Origin: an uncultured Chloroflexia bacterium
GTDB taxonomy: Bacteria > Chloroflexota > Anaerolineae > JAAYZQ01
Length of the DNA stretch: 64,000 bases
Assembly (NCBI GenBank): GCA_963700285.1
Contig: CAVOXA010000014.1
Coordinates: 320,001-384,000, forward strand
Reading direction: 5' to 3'
Within the stretch, counting starts at the first letter, position 1. Every line of letters starts with the position of its first letter. The notes under the pieces were generated by a model. It saw only the letters and a program-made list of their open reading frames with translations. It made no database searches and was not told the origin of the DNA. Positions 22,925 through 33,619 of this stretch are shown here, one piece after another. The position numbers and the translations under genes are program-made.

Positions 22925-25900
22925 TTATGCATCTTTCAGCACATCCACTTCCGTTCCATCCGGCGTGGCGATCCGGTCGCCCTCCAATCGCAGGGACACC
23001 ACCTGTGACACGCTGTCGTCTCCCATCGAGACACCATAGATCGTGTCCGCGGCCTCGATGGTCCTCCGATTGTGGGTAATGATGACAAACTGGGTCTGCT
23101 CGGCCAACTTTTCCAGAGAGCTGCGAAAGCGCCTGACATTTGCTTCGTCGAGCATCGCGTCTACCTCGTCGAGAATGCAAAAGGGCGGAGCACTGACCTC
23201 CAAAAGTGCGAAAACGAGCGCCACAGCCGTGAGCGACCGCTCTCCGCCGGAGAGCAGGGCCAGCGTCTGCTGCCGCCGGCCAGGAGGTTGGGCAATGATC
23301 TCCACGCCGGCGAGGCTGATGTCCTCGGGCTCCGTGAGCACCAGGCGGGCCGAGCCTCCGCCAAAGAGTTGGGTAAAGTTCTCCCGAAAATGCGCGGCTA
23401 CCTGCTTGAAGGTCGCCTGAAACTCTCGGGACATCACCTCATCCAGCTCGACGATGATGTCGCGCAGTCCCTGGGCGGCCTCTTCCAGATCGGCCGTCTG
23501 GGTGGTCAGAAAGGTATGCCGGTCCAGCACCTCGCCATACTCGTCGGGCGCCTGGGGATTCACCGAGCCCATCCGGCGTAGTTGGGCTTTGAGCCCGTGC
23601 AGCTCCTTTTCCAAGCCCTCCGGCAGCGTCTGAACAGAGGGCAGCGCCGAGACCATTTCGCCCAGTGGCAGCGGAGGCTGCTCGGGAAAGCCATCGGTCA
23701 GCTCCATCTCTACCAGGCCAAAATCATCGGTGATCTGCTCTCGCAGCCGATGGAGACGATCCTCAACCCTGCTCAAACTGACCATCGCCTGAGCGTGGCG
23801 GCTCTCCGCATCCCTGAGCCGGGCGCGGTGGGTGGCTTCTTCCTCTTCCCAGCGCTCGCGCTCCGCGTCCAGGTGTCCCAGCTCGGCCTCGGCCGGATCG
23901 ATCCTTTCGGTCAAGGATGCCAGCCAGCCCTGAACTACCGCTTCACGAGATGCCTGGCCCGCGATCTGATCCGCCAGCGCCGCCCGCTCCGAAGCCAAAG
24001 AAGCGATCCGCTGCTGCTTTTCCTCGATCCCTGCCTGAAGCTCTGCCTGCCGCTCGCGCAGGTTGTGCACCGTCGAGCGTCGGTGATCCCTCGTACCGCG
24101 GGCCACCGCCACCGACGTGCGCAAATCCGACAGTCTTTCGTACAGCGCTTCTCCCTGGAGTTCTCCCAGTTCGGCCTCCAGGGACACCATCTGGTTTTCG
24201 GCCGTCCCTTGCTGGGCCTCCAACTGCGCTAACTCTGATCGGAGCGACGCCTCGCGGGCGTCCAGCTCTTTCGCTTCATCGCCAAGCTGTACCATCAGGC
24301 CCTGCCGCCACACCATCTGCTGATTGACGTGCTCGGCATCCCGCTCCAGTTCCCTGCGGTGTCCTTCAAGCCGGGCCGCGGATTGTTCCAGTTGCCGCTG
24401 CCGGTTCGCCACAGCCGCCAGTTGCTCTCGCAGCCGTACCTCATCTCGCTGCGCCTCGGCCAATGATGACGCGAACTCCTGGCGGGTTCCCTGCGCGGCT
24501 TCACACCGGGCAGGCAGCTCGCGCCACTCTCGCTCGCGGGCCAGAACCTGACCCCGCACCTGATTGTCTCCGTGTCCGCCCGTCACCGATCCGCTTGAGC
24601 GCAGGATGTCTCCACCCAGGGTGACGATCTGGAAGCCGCCTCGAAGCCGGTCAAAGATGCTGCGCGCAGCCTTCAGGTCCTCCGCGATGATAGTCCGGCC
24701 CAAAAGCATCTCGACCACCGGCGCCAGGCGCGGCTGGGACTCGATCAAATCGGCCGCCACCCCAACGGCCCCTGGCCCGCCTGGGAGTTTTCAGGCGGCC
24801 GCTGGATCGCACCGTATCCAGCGGCAGGAAGGTCACCCGCCCCCGCTTGTTCTCCTTCAGGTAGGCGATGGCCGTGCTCGCAGCGGACCACGATTCCACG
24901 ACTATGTCCTGCAGATGGCCGCCCAGGGCCACTTCGATGGCAACCTCGTATGCTGCCGGCACGTGGACAAGCTGGGCCACAGTCCCGATCACACCGGAGA
25001 GAGAAGGGTCTGCGGCGCTCTGCTTCTCAGAAGCGAAGCGGCTGCCCGCCCGCAGTACGGCTCGAACTCCCGCGTGAAGCCCCTCGCCTTCAGATCTAAG
25101 GCGGGTGAGCAGATCCAGGCGATCCTGCAAGCGCTCGGCTGTTGCCTGGGCCCCGGCCAGTGCGGTACGCAACTCCGCCTGGAGCCCCTGCAGGTCGGCC
25201 ATCTCGCCGACGAGACGCGTGTCCTCCGCCGCCAGGGTCTCAACCTCGGCCCGCAGCAGGATCTGCTCTTTCTCGACGGCTCTCACGTGCGCAACGAACT
25301 CGCTGGCCTTGACTTTGTGCGCCTCAATGGCTGCATTGTGGTCGCTGCGCTCTCTCCCCAGGACCTGCCGGCGCTCCGCGAGCTGCTCCAAGCGGTTGCG
25401 ACGATCGCTGGCCCGGGTCGCCCGCTCGATTGCCCGAGACTGGGCTTCGGCCACCTGCTGCAGAAGGTCAGCCCGCTGCTTCTCGTGAGCGTCCAGCTCG
25501 GCCTGGGCGCTGGACACCAGGGCTTGCTGCTCTGCAAGCTCTGCCTGCGCATCGGCCAGATCTTGCTCGGCAGTGCCGACGCGCTCGGCTGAGGCCAGCA
25601 ATTGGACCTCTTGCTCGACCTGCTCCAGGGAGAGCTCATCGTGGCGGCCCGAAAGCAGGCGATCGCGTTCCTGCCACACGGCCAGATCCCGCAGGACCTC
25701 TTCCATCTGGCCATGCAGCTCGCTGCTCTCCTTGTGCCAGGCGCCCAGTTGCTCGCGAAGCTGGGACTGCCGGAGGCGCAGGGCGGCCATGCCCTCCTCC
25801 AGCTCATCGAGCACGGAACGACGATGGTCCAGGACCACCTCGCGCCGATTCAGCGCATCGCGGGCGCGTTGCAGGTCCAACTGCCCCTGCCGCCAGCGGA

Positions 25901-26606
25901 AGCCGTACCAGATGCGCAACAGGCCCTCAAGCTCTCTGCTCAGCAGGGCATGGCGCTCGGCCTTCTCCGCTTCGCGCTCCAGCCGGCGGAGGCGCGGCGC
26001 GATCTCGTTGATGATGTCATTGACGCGCACCAGGTTGCCCCGCGTCTCTTCCAGGCGCCCCAGGGCGTCGGCCCGCTTGGATTGGTAGAGGGAGATGCCG
26101 GCCGCCTCTTCAAAGAGCGCGCGCCTGTCCTCCGGGCGCAGACTAAGGACGGCGTCAACCAGGCCCTGGCCGATCACCGTATAGCCGCGCTGGCCGAGGC
26201 CAGATGACGCCAGGAGCTCGTTGATATCCCGCAGCCGGACGCGGCTCCCGTTCAGCAGGTACTCGTTCTCACCGGAGCGGTAGGCACGCCGCGTGATCGT
26301 CACCTCCGCAAAGTCGATGGGCAACCAGCCATCGGTATTGTCCAGGGTGATGGAAGCATAGGCCATACCCAGGCGCGCGCGCTGGGCGCTGCCGGAAAAG
26401 ATCATGTCCTCCGTGCGCTTGCCCCGCAGCGAGCGATAGCTCTGCTCGCCCAGCACCCAGCGGATGGCATCGGCAATGTTGCTCTTGCCGCTGCCGTTGG
26501 GTCCGACGATGGCCGTGATCCCACCATCAAAGACAAACTCGGTACGGAGTGCAAAAGTCTTGTAGCCCTGCAGTTCCAGATGCTTGAGTCGCAAAACCCT
26601 ACCCAT
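22925..26606 (-). CDS. smc: Chromosome segregation protein SMC (frameshift near 24770-24810)
   Basis: GYKTF, Walker [10 protein letters not shown], coiled coils, hinge GRVTFLPLD, signature LSGGERS, Walker [15 protein letters not shown]. Confidence 0.95.
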
Positions 26607-26649
26607 GGAAGATCTTGGTTATCACCGATTCCTAGCAGCCTCACGGCAT

Positions 26650-26677
26650 ATTATACGGATTTTCCAGGTGATGTCAA
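26650..26677 (-). promoter_or_regulatory. Sigma70-type promoter of smc
   Basis: Minus strand TTGACA-N16-TATAAT. Confidence 0.6.
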
Positions 26678-26759
26678 TCACAAGCTGGCCGCCGATTGGC
26701 AGTCAGAACGCCTGTCCGCAACTGTAGGACAAGATGGTATCTTGTGCAAAGTCGCAGAT

Positions 26760-27674
26760 CTACAGAATACCGCCCTCCACCAGAATGTCCCGCAGCAGGC
26801 CGCGTTCCTCATCCCCAAGCTCAAGCAGCGGCATGCGTACAGGCCCGCCATAATAGCCCAGCATCTCCAGCGCCGCCTTCAGGCCGGGGATGCCGAAACG
26901 GGCCGTGACCGAGGCGTTGACCGGCAGCATCTGCCGCTGGAGTTCCGCCGCTTCAGCCCATTGCCCCGCCTGGAAGAGGCGATAGATCTCGATGCTCTGA
27001 GCCGGGGCGATGTTGGCCAGGGCCAAAATGCCGCCCACCGCTCCCACGGCCAGTCCGGCAAAGAAAAATGCCGCCGAGCCGGCGATCATCTGAAACCCGG
27101 GTTCCGCCAGCCGCACGATATCGGCCATTTTGGCGATATTGCCCCCAGTTTCCTTCAGGCCAACGATGTTGGGATGCTGGCCGGCCCGGGCGATGGCTCC
27201 CGCCTCCATGTCAATGCCGGTGAACTTGGGCACGTTGTAGATCATTACCGGGATCGGTGAGGCGTGCGCCAGGACCTCATAGTGGCGCACCAGCGCCTCG
27301 GACGTCATCATGCCGCCAAAATAGTGGGGCGTCACGGCCAGCGCCACGTCTGCGCCGGCTTCCGCCGCCCGGCGGGTGAGGGTGATGGTCTCTGACGTCG
27401 ACTCGGCCCCGGTTCCGGCGATCAGCAGCTTGCCCGGCGAAATGACCTTCCGGGCTGTTTCCCAGACACTCGCCTTCTCTTCCTCGGTGCAGAGTACGGA
27501 CTCCCCGTTGGAGCCCATGACGACATAGCCGGCCAGATCGTACTCGTTCCAGCGCTCCAGGTTCCCGGTCAAGGCCCCGCAGTCGACCGTCCCTTTTTCG
27601 TCAAAGGGGGTGGGAATGGGTGGAAATACGCCCGCAAGTGAGACCGGCCCTTGGGGATTCATCGCTTCGTACAT
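26760..27674 (-). CDS. DapA/DHDPS-family aldolase (4-hydroxy-2-oxoglutarate aldolase-like)
   Basis: PPIPTPF, GSNGE, IAGTG, YNVPKFTG, Schiff-base motif VGLKET. GSNGE rather than GTTGE argues against canonical DapA. Confidence 0.85.
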   Translation of the reverse strand: MYEAMNPQGPVSLAGVFPPIPTPFDEKGTVDCGALTGNLERWNEYDLAGYVVMGSNGESVLCTEEEKASVWETARKVISPGKLLIAGTGAESTSETITLTRRAAEAGADVALAVTPHYFGGMMTSEALVRHYEVLAHASPIPVMIYNVPKFTGIDMEAGAIARAGQHPNIVGLKETGGNIAKMADIVRLAEPGFQMIAGSAAFFFAGLAVGAVGGILALANIAPAQSIEIYRLFQAGQWAEAAELQRQMLPVNASVTARFGIPGLKAALEMLGYYGGPVRMPLLELGDEERGLLRDILVEGGIL

Positions 27675-27712
27675 TGGTATTCTTCCTCCTGTGAGATGTC
27701 CCTATTCTGCTC

Positions 27713-27825
27713 GCCTCCGGTCCGTGACCGGAGGCACAACCACTTGCTATACTCAAACAGGCCAGGTCACGGACCTGGCCCGAGCCCGGCTCCCCCTTGC
27801 TCGCTGCAGGTCCGTGACCGGCAGC
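27713..27825. repeat. Cluster of three REP-like hairpins with core GGTC-ACG-GACC
   Basis: Copies at 27713-27735, 27760-27780 and 27803-27825 in alternating orientation, each with a different outer stem. Confidence 0.6.
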
Positions 27826-27861
27826 TTACTCATAGAGCGCTTTCCACCGCCTGCTCCACTG

Positions 27862-29346
27862 CTACGGCAGCCACTTGGGCAGCACCGCCTCATCGCTGAC
27901 TGCGCGGGCCTGGCCCAGGGCAAAGTCAAAGATCCAGACCGAGACCTCGGGCACGACCTGAGGGCCCTGTGATAGATCGGTCCGCGCGTAGGCCAGCGCC
28001 CCGCCATCCGGCCGCCAGGCAAAAGCATAGCGGTCGGCCATCGCCTCGGCTGGCAGGCCGTAGGCTTCGCTGGCGTCGGGCCGGGTCAGCCAGATCTGCC
28101 GGCCCGGCGTCCACCGCTCGTCATCCAGGAACTGGCGTCCCAGCGCGATCCAGCCGCCGCCAGGTGACCAGGCAGGCGTAGTGTCCTTGACAAAGTCATC
28201 GTCGCCGCTGATGTCCGATAGGTGTTCGTCAGCCAGGTCGATGCGCACCAGGCGTACAACCAGCTCCTCGCCGGCCAGCATCAGCTCCGGCAGCACCAGA
28301 CTGCCGCCATCAGGCGCCCACGCGGGCGATGCGCCCCACTCATTGGCGAACTGCTGCAATTCGCCCGTATCCAGGTCATAGACCTCCACGCCCGGTAAGG
28401 TCGGGCTCGTGTAGGCCAGGCGCCGGCCCGCGGGCGCCCACTGCGGCGAGTGGAGCGCGACCTCATAGTCAAACAGCGGCAGATCCTCCCCCTCCTCCAG
28501 GTCCAGGAGCCAGATGCGGCCTGCGTTGGGATCCAGGTTGGGCGCGCCGGCCCAGATGTCGCGCCGCTCGTAGGCCAGTGTCTCGCCGTCGGGTGCCCAG
28601 GCCGGGTCCAGGCAGGCCGCCTCGGGACAGGCCAGCAGGAGCCGCTGCTCGCTGCCGTCCCGGTCCATGCGCCACAGGTCGGCGCCGCCATCCTCGCGCA
28701 GCACGCTGTAGACGATGCCCACGCCCTGGGGATGCACCGCATAGTCCCACACCCCCTGCGGATGGTCCGTGAGCTGCCGGGGCGCATCCTCGAACGCGGC
28801 AACGAAGAGCTGGCGACCGTCTGCACCAGGCTCAGGCCAGCCTAGGTAGAGCAGTTGCGGCTCGCGGGTGCGAAACCGCCAGCCAAACTCCCTGGCCAAC
28901 TGGCGGTCACTCTGGCTGCGGATGCCCGCCTCCAGGGTGACCGTATAGCTGGCTCCGGGTTCTAGCGCCCTGTCTGCCACAAAAAGGGCCTCGTCGCCTT
29001 CGACCAGCCAGCTTCCGTCCACCTCGGGCTCGATGCGGGCACGCGCTTCGAGGCTGGCAGCGTCGGCCTCCCGGGAAAAGACCACGCGAATGGGTGCGGT
29101 GATGGCCGCCTGCTGCTCGTCTTCTGCCGGCCAAACCTGAACGACGCGCATATCGGCCGAAACGACGGCGATGGCCGCGGCCAGGAGACCGGCGCAAGCC
29201 AGCGCCAGCATAAGCCACACGGTCCAGGGTAATCTGAACCGACGCAGAGTCACTGTCTCAGGCGCGCTGCCACCCGGCGTGTGTCCAGCCTTTGCCGATA
29301 GGTTGTGCGCGTTGTGATTACGCACAGACTCCTGGTGGGTGCCCAT
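27862..29346 (-). CDS. Membrane-anchored Ig-like (Big_5) + TolB/PD40 beta-propeller protein
   Basis: One TM helix, then an Ig-like segment (IRVVFSR...LEPGASYTVTL...WRFRT) and repeated PAW(A/S)PDG motifs. Confidence 0.8.
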   Translation of the reverse strand: MGTHQESVRNHNAHNLSAKAGHTPGGSAPETVTLRRFRLPWTVWLMLALACAGLLAAAIAVVSADMRVVQVWPAEDEQQAAITAPIRVVFSREADAASLEARARIEPEVDGSWLVEGDEALFVADRALEPGASYTVTLEAGIRSQSDRQLAREFGWRFRTREPQLLYLGWPEPGADGRQLFVAAFEDAPRQLTDHPQGVWDYAVHPQGVGIVYSVLREDGGADLWRMDRDGSEQRLLLACPEAACLDPAWAPDGETLAYERRDIWAGAPNLDPNAGRIWLLDLEEGEDLPLFDYEVALHSPQWAPAGRRLAYTSPTLPGVEVYDLDTGELQQFANEWGASPAWAPDGGSLVLPELMLAGEELVVRLVRIDLADEHLSDISGDDDFVKDTTPAWSPGGGWIALGRQFLDDERWTPGRQIWLTRPDASEAYGLPAEAMADRYAFAWRPDGGALAYARTDLSQGPQVVPEVSVWIFDFALGQARAVSDEAVLPKWLP

Positions 29347-29352
29347 AGGCAG

Positions 29353-29410
29353 CCATTGTATCACGGCACCCGACCAGGCGTCAAAGCGCAGGGGGGTTCA
29401 AACGTTCTCA
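29353..29410 (-). promoter_or_regulatory. Promoter, copy 1 of a duplicated promoter/operator
   Basis: Minus strand TGAGAACGTTTGAA...TTGACG-N18-TACAAT. Near-identical to 36328-36385. Confidence 0.6.
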
Positions 29411-29561
29411 AACAAGTCGGTCGCGCAGTATAGAACCCGCGTGGTGCCAAGCCAGGTGACCGCGAACCCTCCACTGGGGCAGGGGCCTCGGAACTCCAAT
29501 AGCCGAGACTCTTTGTCGCTCGCTGCGATCTCTCCTCAGAATGACAACTGCGGCAACAGGA

Positions 29562-30200
29562 CTAAGCGATCGGGCCCACTCCTACGTTGAAGATGCCGAA
29601 CAGCAACAGAAGCACCGCCAATACCTGGAGCGCCAACCGCACCTTGGCTACCGAGAAATTGCGCGAAATCCCGACGAGAAACAGCGCCAGCGCCAGGAAG
29701 AGCGTGTTGCGCATATAGTACGCCGCATTGTCGGCTGCTTCGCGCACCTTCTGCTGCAGCTCGCCGGCCTCCTCCTGCAGATCGTTTGCGGCCTGCCTGC
29801 GGGCCGGGGCGTATTCAGCCATGGCAAAAGGCGAAGAGGGTGCTTCTGGATTTTTGAGAGGCTCAAGGCCAACCCAGGCTTCAAAGGCTGGCTTGAATTC
29901 CTCGCGAAACCGGCTGCGATAGAAATCGGCCAACGGCTGGTTCTCTGTACTGACGGCCTCCAGCCAACTGGTGAAGGTGATCACGTCAACCAGCGAATCC
30001 TGGCCACCCTGAGTCGACACGCGGGTGCTCTCCAACAGCTTGGCCACCACGGCGTTGCCGGTGATCGCCTGAATGCGGCTCCATTGGGCCGCCTCGTAAC
30101 TGCTCCAGGCAGTCAACACGCTGGCCAGCGAAAGGATGATGGCCGCGGCAACTTCCAGCCGTCTTGAGGACCTGTCGGAGGATTCGGCAGACATGCTCAT
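29562..30200 (-). CDS. Hypothetical membrane protein (one N-terminal and two C-terminal TM helices)
   Basis: LASVLTAWSSYEAAQW, RFREEFKPAFEAW, PSSPFAMAEY. The ATG overlaps the corrected stop of the upstream DUF2252 gene. Confidence 0.75.
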   Translation of the reverse strand: MSMSAESSDRSSRRLEVAAAIILSLASVLTAWSSYEAAQWSRIQAITGNAVVAKLLESTRVSTQGGQDSLVDVITFTSWLEAVSTENQPLADFYRSRFREEFKPAFEAWVGLEPLKNPEAPSSPFAMAEYAPARRQAANDLQEEAGELQQKVREAADNAAYYMRNTLFLALALFLVGISRNFSVAKVRLALQVLAVLLLLFGIFNVGVGPIA

Positions 30201-31628
30201 TCACCCATGCGAGCTTCGATCCGGCTGGTACGTATCGCGGCCAAGAGAGCCGCATGATCGCGTTCGTTTTGATCGGCGTAGGCCAGGCCGAAAGTCGGAC
30301 AGGGCGTCCTCAAACGCCTCGCTCTTGCCCATATAGCCCGTCAACACCGCCGCGTCGCCGGAACGGGTATGGGCCCGCGCCAGAGTCTGCCCGCACAGGG
30401 TGGCATAGCCCTTCAGATTTGCAGGCGCCATGACCTCCACCACAGGCTTGATCTTGGCATCCCGCAATTGGCGGGCGTAATAATGATGTCCCTGGCGGGC
30501 AGCGGTATACCAGCCCAGGAATAGATCGCCGGCGGCCTGCATCAGCCGTTGGCCGACGACGACCCGCTGTCCGGCGTGCGCATAGGGGCTGGTGCCGGCA
30601 TAGGGTTCCAGCACCGATTGCCGCGCTTGTTTGAACTGCAGGAAGAGCGGATCGCCGTTGCCAGAGATAAACAGGGCGATTCCACAGAACGTGCCCACGC
30701 TGCCGACGCCGACAACCTTCATGGCCACATCGACAGGCTGGTAGCGGCTCAACAGTACGCGCCGATCTGCAGGGACCGAGGCGAGATAGCTGGCTATCGA
30801 TTGCTCTGAGTCGGCGCGAAACTTGTCCGAACGGATATCGTCGTAGTGGAAGATGAGCGGCGGCTGGTCGATGATGCGCGGCGGGTCGCCAGCGGCATAG
30901 GTCAGCCTGGCAAACTCCGTTTCATGGGCGGATTGGCCTTTGGCGGAATCCAGTTTCCTGGTGTAGAAGCGCTTCATCTGCTTGTCGGCCATATTGGCAA
31001 TGATCTCTTCCATATCCATCGCCTCGTACCAGGCATCCAGGACCGGCATGGACGCGTACCTAGTGATCGACTGCCGGTAGCTCTGCGCCGCCAGCCAGGC
31101 AGCTTCGCGGCAATCGGCCTTGTTAAAACCATTGGAGCGCCCCGCGATCACAAAGCTAGCGGCCAGGCGTTTCACGTCCCATTCCCAGGGAGCGATCGAT
31201 GTCTCGTCAAAGTCGTTGATGTCAAAGATATGCCTGCGTTCCGCGGTGGCAAAGCCGCCAAAGTTCAGCAAATGGCAGTCCCCGCAGATCTGCAGGTTCA
31301 GGCCGGTAGCCGGCGTATAGGACAGATCGTAGGCCATGATCGCCGCCGCACCGCGGTAGAAGGCGAAGGGACTGGCCGCCATACGCCCATAGCGAATGGG
31401 AACGAGATCCTCCATCCTTCCTTGACTGTTCTCGACCAACAGGTCGATGGGATCGGCGCGATCCGCGGGCGGGTGCCACGCAGCTTGCGACGCGCGGGAA
31501 CACTGCTGGCGCAGGGCCCGGCCGGCGTCGACGCGCTCCTCCGGCCGGAGGATATGTGTTTGGGGCAATTCGGCTGCGAAAGCTTGGGACTCTGTTTCCT
31601 GGTTAGTCGGTCTCTGTACTTGGGTCAT
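30197..31628 (-). CDS. DUF2252 family protein (frameshift near 30290)
   Basis: RYGRMAASPFAFYRG, CGDCHLLNFG, FDINDFDE, KVVGVGSVG, LARAHTRSGD. The shifted frame gives AYADQNERDH and a stop at 30197. Confidence 0.88.
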
Positions 31629-31957
31629 TTCCCTCTCCTAATGCTAGTTCGTTCTGTTTGTTATGCTCACTTCTGGCCGCTGCACGCCGGGAAGGCCGCC
31701 AGATCCGGCCGGCAAGGCCGTGAGAGTGGTCCCCAATGGGTCTATACGGCGCGTGCGCTTTGATTGTCATGCTCGGCCAACGCCTGCCAGGCCCCTGGCA
31801 GGGCATACTCCACCAGCCTCTGGGCTGGCAAGGGGTTTTTGGCGGTGCGCAGCCGGCGCGGATGGAGCCGAAATTGGGGCAGCCGAAGTGGCTGCATGGC
31901 TGTGCAGATGAGAGTTGACACGGCCCTCTCGACCGTCACCGCCTATCTCAGATTAGA

Positions 31958-31986
31958 ATTATATCACAGGGCAAGCGAATGGTCAA
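31958..31986 (-). promoter_or_regulatory. Sigma70-type promoter upstream of DUF2252, long leader
   Basis: Minus strand TTGACC-N17-TATAAT with an extended TG. Confidence 0.55.
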
Positions 31987-32014
31987 TACTGGAAGACGAA
32001 CAACAAGTACCCTC

Positions 32015-33325
32015 TCAGATGAGGGATTCCGAAAGGGCTTGGACAGCACTGGCCGCCTCGGGCACCGGGGGCCTTGCCAGGAACGCGCACAGTGCGCCTG
32101 TCACAGCAACGCCCACCATTAGCACAAAGGCCGGCACGTAGCTGCCGCTAGCATCCTTGATGCCGCCCACCAGCAGGGGACTCAGGATCCCCAGGACGGT
32201 GCCAACAGGCATGGAAATACCCATGATGGACGCGTAGCTCCTGGTGCCAAAATAGTTGAGGAATGCCGCCGACGTCACGACGATGATGCCACCGTAGCCG
32301 ATGCCAAAGAGAAGGACATAGACGTACAGGGCGACCAGGCCCCGGCCAACCATCAGGATCAGGAGACTGACGCCCATGGCCAGGAGCAGGCCGGCGATAA
32401 CGTGCCTGGGCTCTACGCGATCGCCCAGCCAGCCAGCAACCAGCCGGCCGATGACGCTGGATCCGGCGACCAGCCCCAGGGCCGAGGCCGCGATCGCCAG
32501 GTCCAACCCGGCTTCGCCGGCCAGATAGGCCACCTGGTGGGCCGTGATGGCTTGCAGCAGGAAGAACATGATGCCCGTGGCCAGCGAGATCAACCAGAAG
32601 GAGCGCGTCTTGATGGCGTTCCTGGTCTCCCACTGGAGCTTGGTCCGGTAAACGCGGCTGGCTGGCTGGGCGGCAGCAATGGCGGCCTCAGGATCTGGTT
32701 CCTGGCTGACGCCATCCGCCTTTTGCCCCAACTCCTCAGGCCTGTTCCTCAGAAACAGGACGGCGACCAGCACCGGCAGCACCATCAGGGCCGCCAGGGC
32801 CAGCCAGGCGGAACACCATGAGCCGCTGGTGGTGGCGACTCTGGCGGCCAGGGTCGTGATGGCCAGCCCGCCCACGCCCGCGCCGCTGAGCACCAGTCCC
32901 AGGAACGACGAGCGGCGGCGGACGAACCAATTGCCCACGATCTGTTGGACCGGCAGGCTCCCACCCAAGGAGATGCCCGCACCCAGTACAACGATAAATC
33001 CATACAATTGCCAGGCCGTGGTCGTGGAGGACAGCAGGACAAGCCCGGCGGCCACCAGTACAGAGCCGCCCAGGATGGCCAGCCGGGGGCCAAAGCGCAC
33101 CACAAAGGCGCCGACCAGGGGGGCGCCGATACCTGTCGTCAGGGCAAAGACGCTGAAGGCGGCCCCGAAGGCGGCCGCGCTCCAGCCCAGATCTGCGGCC
33201 ATGACGGGGGCGAGAACCGACAGGCTATAGTAGGCGCCTCCAAGGATAAAGTAGACCAGAAAGGCGGAAACGACGATGGCATAGCCATAGAACCCCTTGC
33301 GCCAGGCGAACATGCACGTTCCCAT
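32015..33325 (-). CDS. MFS transporter (paralogue A)
   Basis: About 12 TM helices, motif A variants GAFVVRFGPR and GWLGDRVEPR. Confidence 0.9.
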   Translation of the reverse strand: MGTCMFAWRKGFYGYAIVVSAFLVYFILGGAYYSLSVLAPVMAADLGWSAAAFGAAFSVFALTTGIGAPLVGAFVVRFGPRLAILGGSVLVAAGLVLLSSTTTAWQLYGFIVVLGAGISLGGSLPVQQIVGNWFVRRRSSFLGLVLSGAGVGGLAITTLAARVATTSGSWCSAWLALAALMVLPVLVAVLFLRNRPEELGQKADGVSQEPDPEAAIAAAQPASRVYRTKLQWETRNAIKTRSFWLISLATGIMFFLLQAITAHQVAYLAGEAGLDLAIAASALGLVAGSSVIGRLVAGWLGDRVEPRHVIAGLLLAMGVSLLILMVGRGLVALYVYVLLFGIGYGGIIVVTSAAFLNYFGTRSYASIMGISMPVGTVLGILSPLLVGGIKDASGSYVPAFVLMVGVAVTGALCAFLARPPVPEAASAVQALSESLI

Positions 33326-33553
33326 TCTTCGCGGTGGAGACTCGGACCCTCATGGCGGCAGCCCGGTCCGGACTTGACGGCTATACCATCGCCCGCGATG
33401 CATCATACGGCTGAAAAAGAGCCCCTTCGCCAGAGCGGCGACGACGGGACCCATTATACCTCATCAGCTCTGTCTGGCCAAACCGGCGACCCCGTAGCCT
33501 TCTGAGCGATCCCTGTCACAGGGTGCCAATCTATATGTCAGAAACTCGCTTCT

Positions 33554-33598
33554 CGGGAGCCCGTCATCCTTCACTTCGTTCAGGATGACGGGCTCCCG
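33554..33598. repeat. REP-like perfect hairpin (GTCATCCT...AGGATGAC type)
   Basis: 17-bp perfect inverted repeat CGGGAGCCCGTCATCCT/AGGATGACGGGCTCCCG after the DJ-1 gene stop. Confidence 0.7.
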
Positions 33599-33619
33599 CT
33601 CAGGTTGCGAGTATCGGCG

